From contig OY970280.1 of the NCBI GenBank assembly GCA_963715865.1, positions 1,888,001-1,952,000 on the forward strand: a stretch of 64,000 nucleotides of DNA, written 5' to 3'. Below, one piece after another: positions 18,560-27,962 of this stretch. How positions within the stretch are numbered: the stretch's first letter is position 1; every line of letters begins with the position of its first letter. The position numbers were made by a program, and so were the translations under genes. This DNA is from Candidatus Bathyarchaeota archaeon (GTDB lineage: Archaea > Thermoproteota > Bathyarchaeia > Bathyarchaeales > Bathycorpusculaceae). A model generated the notes under the pieces. The model saw only the letters and a program-made list of their open reading frames with translations. It was not told the DNA's origin and did no database searches.

Positions 18560-18577
18560 TTTTGTAGGTGAATAATC

Positions 18578-19036
18578 TTGGTTTCTCAAAAACTTTTAGA
18601 ATTTTTAAATAAAGGAATAGCCCGCGAACTCCAAGTCAGCATACAATACATGTGGCAACACGTCCAAGTCACAGGCATGGACGGCGCCATCGTAGAAGAC
18701 ATTTTCCGCAAGACCGCCATCGCCGAAATGAAACATGCTGAACGCCTCGCAGAACGCTTAGACTACCTCAACGGCGTACCCACAACCAAACCCGACCCAA
18801 TTTTCGTTGGTGGCAGCCTCATCGAAATGCTCAAACAAGACGAGCAGAACGAAGAAGAAGCCATCAACCTCTACAAGCAGGCAATTCAGGTTGCGGCTGA
18901 AGAAGGCGACTACACCACAAGGCGGCTGCTGGAAGATATTCTCGCGGAAGAGGAAAACCACATCAACACGTTCGGCAAACTCCTCGTCGGCATGACCGAA
19001 CCATTTACCCAGCCAGGAACATCTCAAATAGAATAA
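18578..19036 (+). CDS. Bacterioferritin/ferritin-like diiron protein
   Basis: RELQVSIQY, EMKHAERLAER, EEEAINLY, EEENH diiron ligands. Confidence 0.9.
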   Translation: MVSQKLLEFLNKGIARELQVSIQYMWQHVQVTGMDGAIVEDIFRKTAIAEMKHAERLAERLDYLNGVPTTKPDPIFVGGSLIEMLKQDEQNEEEAINLYKQAIQVAAEEGDYTTRRLLEDILAEEENHINTFGKLLVGMTEPFTQPGTSQIE

Positions 19037-19069
19037 CAAACAAAAAGAAAACAAAGAAAAAGGCTGCTC

Positions 19070-20416
19070 TTAACGCAGCTTCATCAAAATCATTTCTGCT
19101 GCTAAAACCATGGGCTCCCATGTTTCACATAGCGGGGGGGCGTATGCTGTGTCTGCTTTGGCTAGTTCTCTCACGGTCATCTGTTTTTGTATGGCGAATG
19201 AGATGGCGTTTATGCGTTGGGTGACTTCTTCTCCGCCGATTATTTGTGTGCCGATTATGCGCTGGGATTCTTTTTCAACGATAAGCTTCACTTTGATAGG
19301 TTTAGCGGTTGGGTAGTAGTCTGCTTTTGTTTTGCTGCTGATTGTGCCTGTGACGACTTCGATTCTGTTTCTTGCTGCTGCTGTTTCGCTTATGCCTGTT
19401 GCGCCTGCCTCGATTTCGAACAGTCGTGTTACGGCTGAGGCTAAGATGCCTGTGAACTGTGCGTAGTCGCCCCCGGCGTTTGCTCCTGCAACTTTGCCTT
19501 GTCTAACCGCTATCGTGCCAAGCTGAGCGCATATGGGTCGGTGCGTGATGATGTTTGGTGCTTCAGCGCAGTCGCCAACAGCATACACATCTTTTACGTC
19601 TGTTTCCATTCTTGCGTTAGTCTTAATCGCATGTGTCTCACCCAACGGTATGCCGGCATCAACGGCAAGTTTCGTGTTGGCTCTTACTCCGAAAGCGCTG
19701 ATGAACAAGTCAGCCTCAATTTTTTCGCCTCCAGCCATAATAGCTGTAACTTTGTCTTCTCCGAGAAACTCTTCCACACCTTTGCTGGTCAGTATGCGCA
19801 TGCCCTTCTCCTCCAGATGCTCTTGCACAAGCTTCGCCATGTCAGCGTCAAGCAGTTGAGGCAGTATCTGCGGCAACATCTCTACGACAGTAACTGTTAA
19901 GCCTCGCTCGATTAAGGCTACGCCTGCTTCCAGCCCGATTAACCCGGCGCCCATGATAACGGCTGATTTCGCGCCAGCTTTAACTGCAGCATCAATCTTC
20001 TCGCCATCCTCTATGCCGCGGAGGCTTAGGATTCCAGGTTTTTCTCTGCCTTTAATCGGCGGCATAAACGAGTCAGCGCCAGTTGCAATCACCAAGCTGT
20101 CGTATGGCAGTACTTCGGTGGCTCCTGCCTTGTCAACAACTGTGACGGTTTTCTCTTTAGTGTTAATCGCAGTGGCTTTTGTTTCGTTCCGCAAATTCAA
20201 CTTTAACATTTGGAAGTATGCTGGTGAATAAACAATCAAATCGTGAAAACTTGGAATTTGCCCGCCAATGACAAAGGGTAAGCCGCAACGTGAGTAACCA
20301 GCAGTCTTTTCCTGTGTTATCAAAGTGATTTCGGCTGTGCGGTCTTTTTTGCGTGCTGCTGAGGCTGCTTCAACGCCTGCAGCGTTAGCTCCGATAATAA
20401 TAATGCGTCTAGCCAT
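19070..20416 (-). CDS. NADH oxidase/CoA-disulfide reductase family flavoprotein
   Basis: IIGANAAG FAD motif, single-Cys YSRCGLP, GAGLIGLE, VYAVGDCAE, DTAYAPP; start set at ATG 20416 because the longer ORF overlaps gcvH. Confidence 0.88.
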   Translation of the reverse strand: MARRIIIIGANAAGVEAASAARKKDRTAEITLITQEKTAGYSRCGLPFVIGGQIPSFHDLIVYSPAYFQMLKLNLRNETKATAINTKEKTVTVVDKAGATEVLPYDSLVIATGADSFMPPIKGREKPGILSLRGIEDGEKIDAAVKAGAKSAVIMGAGLIGLEAGVALIERGLTVTVVEMLPQILPQLLDADMAKLVQEHLEEKGMRILTSKGVEEFLGEDKVTAIMAGGEKIEADLFISAFGVRANTKLAVDAGIPLGETHAIKTNARMETDVKDVYAVGDCAEAPNIITHRPICAQLGTIAVRQGKVAGANAGGDYAQFTGILASAVTRLFEIEAGATGISETAAARNRIEVVTGTISSKTKADYYPTAKPIKVKLIVEKESQRIIGTQIIGGEEVTQRINAISFAIQKQMTVRELAKADTAYAPPLCETWEPMVLAAEMILMKLR

Positions 20417-20432
20417 CCACTTTGCCTTCTGC

Positions 20433-20849
20433 TTATTTGGATTGGGCTTGAGCCTTGTGCCACTCAACAGCTTTGTTAAAGTCCATCAAGTTTGCAAGCT
20501 CAGCCTGTAAGTTTGAGGGTTTAACAACGATTAACCAGCCTTTCACGTACGGGTCCTCGTTGAGAGTCTCCGGTTTAGACTGAACTTCATCGTTGACTTC
20601 TTCGATTGTTCCGCTTACGGCTGCAACCAAGTCTGAAACTGCTTTAACAGACTCCAACGTTCCATAGGGCTCGCCTTGCTTCACTTCTGTTCCGACGCTC
20701 GGCAATTCGGCGTAAACGATTTCTCTCAGCGACTTCTGCGCATAGTCAGTGATGCCCATGCGAACTTTGTCTCCTTCAATTTTTATCCATTCAAAATCTT
20801 TAGAATAATAAAGCCCTTCAGGCACTCCGTATGCTTCAACTTTTACCAT
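20433..20849 (-). CDS. gcvH: Glycine cleavage H / lipoyl-carrier protein
   Basis: GITDYAQ, LESVKAVSD (lipoyl-Lys), NEDPYVKGW. Confidence 0.95.
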   Translation of the reverse strand: MVKVEAYGVPEGLYYSKDFEWIKIEGDKVRMGITDYAQKSLREIVYAELPSVGTEVKQGEPYGTLESVKAVSDLVAAVSGTIEEVNDEVQSKPETLNEDPYVKGWLIVVKPSNLQAELANLMDFNKAVEWHKAQAQSK

Positions 20850-20926
20850 GCATTTGAACCTTCTAAATTTTGATAAATATGCAGTCTAGATTCAAGCTTA
20901 AAAGGTTTCACAAAAGAGAAAAGGGC

Positions 20927-22006
20927 TTAACGTTCGCGTTTGCCAGCTATCCAATCTTCTGTCCATTGCCTAGCCTCAGGGTCAGGAACCTGAATTGGCG
21001 GATGCTTAAACGCGTAAGATGGCATGCTTAGTAAGGCGCCAGCGATTTTACGGTCCAACGCTATTTTCGCTGCACGAATCAAATCAATAACTACGCCAGC
21101 ACTGTTGGGTGAATCTTCCACTTCAAGTTTAACGCTGATGTTAATGGGGCGGTCACCAAACTTTCTCCCCTTCAATGAAATGTAACAAATCTTCTTGTTT
21201 TGCAAGAAACCGACATAATCCGAAGGTCCAATGCGCGTGGGCAAGTCGTAAGGCACAAGGCTCGTAACAGCCTCAGTCTTGCTAATTCGTTTAGTCTTCA
21301 ACCGGTCTTCAACGGTCATGTTCAAAAAGTCAGTGTCGCCGCCAAGATTAAGCTGGTATGTTTCGTCAACAATGGCACCTCGGTCAAGGCAGAGCCGCAC
21401 CAAGCTTCGATGCAGAATAGTTGCTCCTACTTGGCTCTTAATGTCGTCGCCTAGAACGGGCAAACCTGCAGTTTCAAACTTTTTAGCCCACTCTGGATTC
21501 GAACCGATAAACTCGGGCATGCAATTCACAAATGCGCAGCCAGCATCCATAGCACATTGAGCATAAAAGCGTGTTGCGTCTCGGCTGCCAACAGGCAAGT
21601 AGTTAACAAGAACCTGAGCTTTCACTTCTTTTAGAACCTTAACCACATTTGCCTTATCATAGCCGCTGTCATCATAAACATTAAAAGTCTGCCTCATGTG
21701 CTCAGCAACGCCATCCAAAATTGGCGCAGGAGAAACTTTCACGCCTAAATGTGGCACATCAGCAAATTTTACACAACAGTTAGGCTTGGTGAAAATGGCT
21801 TCAGAGAGGTCTTTGCCAATCTTATCCTTATTCACTTCAAAGGCAGCAACAAACCGTATGTCTCTAATATGATACCCGCCATAGTTCACGTGCATTAGCC
21901 CGGGCACAGTGGTGTTTTCTTTAGCGTCTTTGTAGTATTGGGTTCCCTGAATCAGGGCTGATGCGCTGTTGCCAACGCCTACAAGTGCTACGCGTATTTC
22001 AGGCAT
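20927..22006 (-). CDS. ino1: myo-inositol-1-phosphate synthase
   Basis: VGVGNSAS, YLPVGS, GDDIKSQVGAT, YQLNLGGDTDF, KRISKT, VEDSPNSAG. Confidence 0.95.
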   Translation of the reverse strand: MPEIRVALVGVGNSASALIQGTQYYKDAKENTTVPGLMHVNYGGYHIRDIRFVAAFEVNKDKIGKDLSEAIFTKPNCCVKFADVPHLGVKVSPAPILDGVAEHMRQTFNVYDDSGYDKANVVKVLKEVKAQVLVNYLPVGSRDATRFYAQCAMDAGCAFVNCMPEFIGSNPEWAKKFETAGLPVLGDDIKSQVGATILHRSLVRLCLDRGAIVDETYQLNLGGDTDFLNMTVEDRLKTKRISKTEAVTSLVPYDLPTRIGPSDYVGFLQNKKICYISLKGRKFGDRPINISVKLEVEDSPNSAGVVIDLIRAAKIALDRKIAGALLSMPSYAFKHPPIQVPDPEARQWTEDWIAGKRER

Positions 22007-22139
22007 TAAACGATAACCATCCAAGATTATATTGTTAGTGAAGGCTTAATGTACGCCTACTCTATAACTTTTTCTAAACACTATGGCAAAATTAAAAGGG
22101 AACCGCCAACACATAGCTAACCAGTTGAAGTGAAAGGCA

Positions 22140-22517
22140 ATGAGCAAAAACGAAGTCGCCATCTCGTATTCGCCCTTCAAAGAAATTGTTATCTTGGAAA
22201 AAACCCGTTTTAACACGCCTGAAGATATAGCAAGATTTACTTCTGTGATAGCAGGCGGCAAACTGGCTGGTTTATACTGGGTTGATGGCGTTGTCTTCTT
22301 GTATTTTCCGCTTCCCGCTTCAACAACTGTAGTCGCCAGAGAACTGTTAGAGAACGGCAAAGTTTACTGGACCTTCGTTGGTTACGCGCTTATGCCAAAA
22401 TATGCACAGGTAATCGAAACTAAAGAAAAAATGATTGTGCCCGTAGTTGATATCTCGTCTGATTCCATTCTTAGAAAAGTTGCCCAATGGCTAAAAGAAC
22501 AAAATAGTGACGCCTAA
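22140..22517 (+). CDS. Conserved hypothetical protein
   Basis: 125 aa ORF divergent from ino1, GTGAAAGG leader, co-oriented with ribK. Confidence 0.7.
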   Translation: MSKNEVAISYSPFKEIVILEKTRFNTPEDIARFTSVIAGGKLAGLYWVDGVVFLYFPLPASTTVVARELLENGKVYWTFVGYALMPKYAQVIETKEKMIVPVVDISSDSILRKVAQWLKEQNSDA

Positions 22518-22534
22518 ATTTTGAAGGCTCATTT

Positions 22535-22921
22535 TTGGGGAAAATAATATTCAAAGGCACGGTTTTTTCTGGCACTGGTGAAGGACGAAAATTTATTGAT
22601 TTACCATGGGTAAAACGGCAAATAGAAGAAAAGCTCGGTTTTACTCCTTATTCTGGAACACTAAACATCCGCCTTTCAAAAGAGAGAGCAAAGCAGAAAA
22701 AACTGCTTGAAAATGCAAAGCGCTTAGAGGTTTACCCGGAAAAAGGTTACTGCATTGGCATACTAATCAAAGCATACATAGACAGTTTAGAGGGCGCAAT
22801 TATTATTCCACAGGTTCCCAATTATCCAAGCGACGTTTTAGAGGTTATTGCTCCTTGGTATTTGCGTGAGCGCCTTAAGATAACAGATGGCAGCGTAGTA
22901 ACTGTCACCGTCAACGTGTAG
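22535..22921 (+). CDS. ribK: CTP-dependent riboflavin kinase (stand-alone, no HTH)
   Basis: GTVFSGTGEG, GFTPYSGTLN, LEVIAP.YLRERL motifs. Confidence 0.9.
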   Translation: MGKIIFKGTVFSGTGEGRKFIDLPWVKRQIEEKLGFTPYSGTLNIRLSKERAKQKKLLENAKRLEVYPEKGYCIGILIKAYIDSLEGAIIIPQVPNYPSDVLEVIAPWYLRERLKITDGSVVTVTVNV

Positions 22922-24422
22922 GGATACATATTTTCTTAAGAGAAGCAATATATTCGTCTGCACAGCCGTTTCTTTTTAGGTATGCACCATAGGTTACAAG
23001 GGCTTTCATGGCTCGAGCGGCATCTTCAGGCGAAGAATAAGAAGGCACACAAAGCCTGTCAAACCTTGAACGCGTGTAGAGCGCCATTTCTGTTTCGCCA
23101 ATATCGCACATTACTATGGGCTTGCTATATTTAGAGGCAATTTTCACAATACCGTCGATATATTTTTCTCTTAATCCTGGCATGTGATGCAGCCCAAGCA
23201 AAATTATGCCATAAATTTGCGGATCCTTAAACATCAAATCAGCGGCAATCACAAACATGTCATCAGTCACCGAGCCAGTAAGGTCAACTGGGTTTGACGT
23301 AGCAGCAATCTTCAAAATGACATTTTTGTCTTTGAGTTCTTGGAATTTCCGCTCAGTTTCACTAGAAAAACGTTCAACTGTTAATCCTAAAAGTTCGCAT
23401 TCATCGACGGTCATAACGCCGGGTCCACCTGCGTCTGTGAGTATGCCGATATTTTTGCCCATAGCTGGCGGCTGCATAGCTAAGGCTTTTCCCATGTCAA
23501 AAAACTCTTCCATATCTCTTGCTCTAATAATTCCGCCCTGCTCGAAGGCAGCATCGTAAATTTTGTCTGACCCTGCAATTGCGCCTGTGTGTGAGGCGGC
23601 AGCTCTTGCACCTGCCTCGCTTTTGCCAGATTTTATGACTATGACGGGTTTTTTTACTGTAACTTTTTTTGCTATTTTTAGGAATTCTCTTCCTGCTTTA
23701 ATGTCTTCTAAATAGACGAGTATGACTTTGGTTTCCTTGTCATGAAGTAAATAGTGAAGTATGTCTGATTCGGTTACGTCGCATTTGTTGCCGATGCTGA
23801 CGAATTTGCTAACGCCCATCTGTCGACCAGTCAAATAGTCTAGGGCGGCAACGCCGAAGGCTCCACTTTGAGTGATCATGGCTATGTTGCCGGGCATTGG
23901 TCTGGGGGTTGCTACAACTTCGTCTCCGGTTGTGAGAGTTTTTGTTTCTGGAAGAAACAGAGTATCTATGCCTGTTTTTGAGTAGTATACTCCAAGGCAG
24001 TTGGGTCCTAAAACGCGTATTCCGCCTTTTTTTGCTGCGGTCACTACTTGTTCTTCTAGTTCTGCGTTTCCTACTTCTCTGAAGCCTGAGCTGATTATGA
24101 TGGCGGCTTTGACTTTTTTGGCTGCTGCTTGCTCCATGATGCTGGGCACAACTTGCGCTGGAACAATAACTACGATTAATTCTACTTCGTCAGGAATATG
24201 GGTTACAGAGGGGTAACATTTGAAACCTAAGATTGAATCTTCATTCGGATTAACAGGGTAGAGTTCTCCCTTGAAAATTCCACGCAGCTTGTTGGTTGAA
24301 AAATTTTTGAAAATCACGTGTCCTGCTTTATCAACTTTTTTTGTTGCTCCGATAACTGCGACTGAATGCGGGTTGAAGAACGCGTCCAATTTCTGTAATG
24401 TATCTTCCATACCTGATTCCAC
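22911..24422 (-). CDS. acdA: ADP-forming acyl-CoA synthetase alpha subunit
   Basis: SVAVIGA CoA-binding fold, ISSGFRE, GPNCLG, TQSGA, SHTGAIAG phospho-His, NPVDLTG. Confidence 0.9.
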   Translation of the reverse strand: MESGMEDTLQKLDAFFNPHSVAVIGATKKVDKAGHVIFKNFSTNKLRGIFKGELYPVNPNEDSILGFKCYPSVTHIPDEVELIVVIVPAQVVPSIMEQAAAKKVKAAIIISSGFREVGNAELEEQVVTAAKKGGIRVLGPNCLGVYYSKTGIDTLFLPETKTLTTGDEVVATPRPMPGNIAMITQSGAFGVAALDYLTGRQMGVSKFVSIGNKCDVTESDILHYLLHDKETKVILVYLEDIKAGREFLKIAKKVTVKKPVIVIKSGKSEAGARAAASHTGAIAGSDKIYDAAFEQGGIIRARDMEEFFDMGKALAMQPPAMGKNIGILTDAGGPGVMTVDECELLGLTVERFSSETERKFQELKDKNVILKIAATSNPVDLTGSVTDDMFVIAADLMFKDPQIYGIILLGLHHMPGLREKYIDGIVKIASKYSKPIVMCDIGETEMALYTRSRFDRLCVPSYSSPEDAARAMKALVTYGAYLKRNGCADEYIASLKKICIPTR

Positions 24423-24736
24423 TGTTTCGCTATGAGCTTGGAAGCTGTTTTTATGTGTTACTATTCAAAAAGTTCTTTGTTCAATTAAATGGTTATTTGT
24501 TTCTTCTGTATTAACTTTCTTTATGGCTTAAGCTAGCTAGATTAGTTGCGACTATTTGATTCCATTTACAATTGTGAGTTTGCTGAAGAGAAAAGTCGCT
24601 ATAAACAAGCCACTTGAACGTTGTAGATTAGTTTCGACAAGGCAGAAAGCTTTTGTCGAGACAATTGAGGAAAAACGAGTAGAGATTCAAAGGCTAGATT
24701 TGTTCAAAAATCCCGTAAAAGTTTTGTTCAAACAAT

Positions 24737-25942
24737 CTAGTTGCTTTTCTTCATAAATTGTTCTAACGCGTTGAACGCTTCATCCAACTCTTCTATCGGC
24801 GGCAGGAAAACTGCTCGGGCGTGGCCTTTGCCGTAAACTGGGTCAAAGCCTGAGCCGTTAACGATGAGTACGCCAGTTTCTTTTAGCAGTTCCACGACGA
24901 ATTCCATGTCGGTTTTCCATCGTGTGCCTACTTCGTGGATTTTGGGGAAGATATAGAAAGCGCCTTCGGGTTTTGTTGTACTTATGCCTTCAATTTCGTT
25001 TAATCGTTTCCACGCGAAGTCTCTTCTCTGTTTCAACCTATCAACAATATCTTTTACGCAATCTTGAGGCCCATTAAGTGCGGCTGCTCCAGCTATCTGC
25101 ACGGGCGTATTGGCACAAATGCGGATTCGACATTCCTTCTCAACAGCCTGCTTAAGCTCGTCGAGTTGTTTGCCTTCGCCTTTAAAGTACATGTAGCCTA
25201 AGCGCCAACCTGTCATTTGGTAAACTTTGGAGAACCCGTTTAACCCAACAACAGGCACGTCCTTGGACAGGTAGGCGGTGCTGACGAATTCTTTCTCGTA
25301 AGTTATTTGGTCGTAAATTTCATCGGAAATCACAAGCAAGCCGTGTTCGCCTGCTATGTCAAGCATTTCCTGAATCATTTTTCTATCGTAAACTGCGCCT
25401 GTGGGATTGTTTGGGTTAATGATTACTAATGCGCGTGTTTTTTCTGATATTTTGCTTCTCAAATCATCAAGGTTTGGCTGCCAACCTTCCTCTTCGATTG
25501 TTTCATATGCAACTGGTGCGCCGTCAAAAAATCTGGTATATGAAATGTACGGTGGATAGGTTGGACCTGGAAAGAGGATTTCGTCGCCTCTTTCAACGAG
25601 GGCTCCAAGGATCATTTGGATTCCTTCCGAAATGCCCTCTGTAATTAGCACATTGTCCGCTGAAATGTCTACATTGTTGACTTTTTTCTCTTTTCTGACG
25701 ATGGCTTCTCTGAGGTCGGCTCTTCCTTCGGAAGGTGAATAGTAATTATCGTCTTGTTCAATTGCCTTGCTTAAAGCGTCTTTAACGTTTTGTGGCGTTT
25801 TAAAATCGAATGCCGCAGGATCGCCGATGTTTAGGTAGTAGATTTTTTGGCCGTTTTTCACTAGCTGTTCAGTGTATGGTATCACGTCTCGTATCGCATA
25901 CTCGATGTTTTTTGCTCTGCTGGTTACTTTGATGCGCGCCAA
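24737..25942 (-). CDS. Class I/II aminotransferase (AlaAT/AspAT-like)
   Basis: YLNIGDP, INPNNPTG, SDEIYD, GFSKVY..TGWRLG, PEGAFY. Confidence 0.92.
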   Translation of the reverse strand: MARIKVTSRAKNIEYAIRDVIPYTEQLVKNGQKIYYLNIGDPAAFDFKTPQNVKDALSKAIEQDDNYYSPSEGRADLREAIVRKEKKVNNVDISADNVLITEGISEGIQMILGALVERGDEILFPGPTYPPYISYTRFFDGAPVAYETIEEEGWQPNLDDLRSKISEKTRALVIINPNNPTGAVYDRKMIQEMLDIAGEHGLLVISDEIYDQITYEKEFVSTAYLSKDVPVVGLNGFSKVYQMTGWRLGYMYFKGEGKQLDELKQAVEKECRIRICANTPVQIAGAAALNGPQDCVKDIVDRLKQRRDFAWKRLNEIEGISTTKPEGAFYIFPKIHEVGTRWKTDMEFVVELLKETGVLIVNGSGFDPVYGKGHARAVFLPPIEELDEAFNALEQFMKKSN

Positions 25943-26118
25943 CTTGTGTTACCTGTAACCCAAACACTTGCTAACCGAAAAAATAAATCTTCCTAAGATT
26001 AAACAGCATGAATAGACTTACTTATATTTTATCGCCTATAAGGAAGGATATCTGTTACTTCTCAGCACATTTTTATTTCCGATTCTCTTTGAATAAAGGT
26101 TGGTTTTGGTGAAAAAAG

Positions 26119-27951
26119 ATGTTTGGCTGGATTGGCGCTTTTCTGAAAATAGATTTAAGCAAAAGTAAGGCTGTTGCAGAACAATATGACGAATCTTTAG
26201 CGTTGAATTTTCTCGGCGGCAGAGGCTTCGCAGTCAAAATCCTTTGGGACACCCTTAAACAGGGAATCGACCCGTTATCACCTGAAAACAAACTGATTTT
26301 TGCTGCTGGACCACTAACTGCCATTGGTTTACCGAACAGTGGCAAACTCGTTGTTGCCTCAAAAAGCCCTTTAACCGGCGGGTTTGGCGATGGAAATTCG
26401 GGGACGTGGGCGGCTGTGAACATGCGCAAGGCTGGTTACGACGCGCTCATCATAGAGGGCAAAGCGCAAACACCAGTCATCCTCTACATTAAAGATAAAG
26501 TCTGTGAGTTCGTGGATGCCAAGGATTTTTGGGGATTAAACTCCTTCGAAACACACGAACAGTTGAGTAAAAAATATTCCCGCACGGCAGGCATCGTCTC
26601 TATCGGTCCAGCTGGAGAGAACCTTATCAAGTTTGCAACCATTGTTTCGCAAGAGGGGCGCGCGGGCGGACGACCTGGAATGGGCGCTGTCATGGGCTCC
26701 AAAAATTTGAAGGCCATAGTAATTGAAGGCTCTTCCTCAATACCGCTTGCAGACCCCAACGAGATGAAGAAGCTGGCTGCCGACGGTTACCGAGAAGTCC
26801 TCGCTAAACCACTTTACGCTTTTTGGAAAAGGCAAGGAACCATGTCGACAGTGGAGTGGTCTCAGGAGAACAGTGCTCTTCCCACCTTCAATTACAGGCA
26901 AGGCGTTTTCGATAGAGCTGAGGAAATTGGAGGGTTTGCTATGGAAAAAATCAAGGTTTCGAACCGCGGATGCCCACAGTGCAACATGACGTGCGGCAAC
27001 GTTGTTAAAGACAGCGAAGGAAAAGATTCAGAACTGGATTATGAGAACGTGATTATGCTGGGTTCTAACATTGGTTTGGGGAATCTTGGGCAAGTAGCCA
27101 CTTTGAACCGCATGGCTGACGAGTTTGGGTTTGATTCTATCTCTCTTGGGAACGTGCTTGGCTTTGCCATGGAAGCCTCCGAGAAAGGGCTGATAGCCGA
27201 GAAGATTCAGTGGGGACAGTTTGAAGAGACTAAAGCGTTGATTAATGATATTGCTTACAGGCGCGGTTTGGGTGCAGTCTTAGCTGAAGGAGTCCGAGCT
27301 GCTTCAGCAGCGATTGGCAATGGATCGAGCGATTGGGCAATGCATGTTAAAGGCTTAGAGGTCTCCGGTTACGATTGCCATGCTGCGCCCGGTATGGCTT
27401 TGGCTTACGGCACAAGCTCAATTGGCGCCCACCATAAAGACGCTTGGGTTATAACATGGGAGATTAAAGCTGGCAGAGGAAATTATGACGAAGAAAAAGT
27501 TGATTACCTCATTAAAACCCAGCTTATTCGTGGCGGACTCTTCGAAGCATTAACCGTCTGCCGTTTCCCCTACAATTCGCTTGGCTTTGAGCTTGAATGG
27601 TACCAAAAATACTTGCGGGCAGCCACCGGAGTAGAGTTTTCTTTAGAGCAGTTAAACCAGATAAGCGATAGAATACTCAATTTAATGCGCGCTTTCTGGG
27701 TGCGAGAGTACAAGGAAAAATGGACCAGAGACTTGGATGTTCCGCCTATGAGATGGTTTAAAGAACCACTAACCGAAGGCACATTAAAAGGTTCTATGCT
27801 TGATTTTAAAAAATACAATGATATGCTGAGCACTTACTATGAGAAGAGAGGGTGGGATGAACGGGGAATACCAAAGAAACCCACTCTGGCACGGCTAGGT
27901 CTCGTTGATGAGGCTAAACAACTGGATACATACGTTAAATTAGAAGAGTAA
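26119..27951 (+). CDS. aor: Tungsten-dependent aldehyde:ferredoxin oxidoreductase family protein
   Basis: LGGRG, KSPLTG, GRPGMGAVMGSKNLKA, CPQCNMTC, DYEN, HVKGLE motifs. Confidence 0.92.
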   Translation: MFGWIGAFLKIDLSKSKAVAEQYDESLALNFLGGRGFAVKILWDTLKQGIDPLSPENKLIFAAGPLTAIGLPNSGKLVVASKSPLTGGFGDGNSGTWAAVNMRKAGYDALIIEGKAQTPVILYIKDKVCEFVDAKDFWGLNSFETHEQLSKKYSRTAGIVSIGPAGENLIKFATIVSQEGRAGGRPGMGAVMGSKNLKAIVIEGSSSIPLADPNEMKKLAADGYREVLAKPLYAFWKRQGTMSTVEWSQENSALPTFNYRQGVFDRAEEIGGFAMEKIKVSNRGCPQCNMTCGNVVKDSEGKDSELDYENVIMLGSNIGLGNLGQVATLNRMADEFGFDSISLGNVLGFAMEASEKGLIAEKIQWGQFEETKALINDIAYRRGLGAVLAEGVRAASAAIGNGSSDWAMHVKGLEVSGYDCHAAPGMALAYGTSSIGAHHKDAWVITWEIKAGRGNYDEEKVDYLIKTQLIRGGLFEALTVCRFPYNSLGFELEWYQKYLRAATGVEFSLEQLNQISDRILNLMRAFWVREYKEKWTRDLDVPPMRWFKEPLTEGTLKGSMLDFKKYNDMLSTYYEKRGWDERGIPKKPTLARLGLVDEAKQLDTYVKLEE

Positions 27952-27962
27952 CCAGCCTATTG

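Noticed and set aside
4792-24556. Identical 14-mer TAGTTGCGACTATT at 4792-4805 and 24543-24556, both intergenic and semi-palindromic
   Set aside because: A 14-bp match is expected by chance in 64 kb, and one copy lies between convergent genes, an unlikely operator position; revisit only if enriched genome-wide
24556-24756. 66-aa ORF between acdA and the aminotransferase
   Set aside because: No SD or motif, antisense to both neighbours and overlapping one
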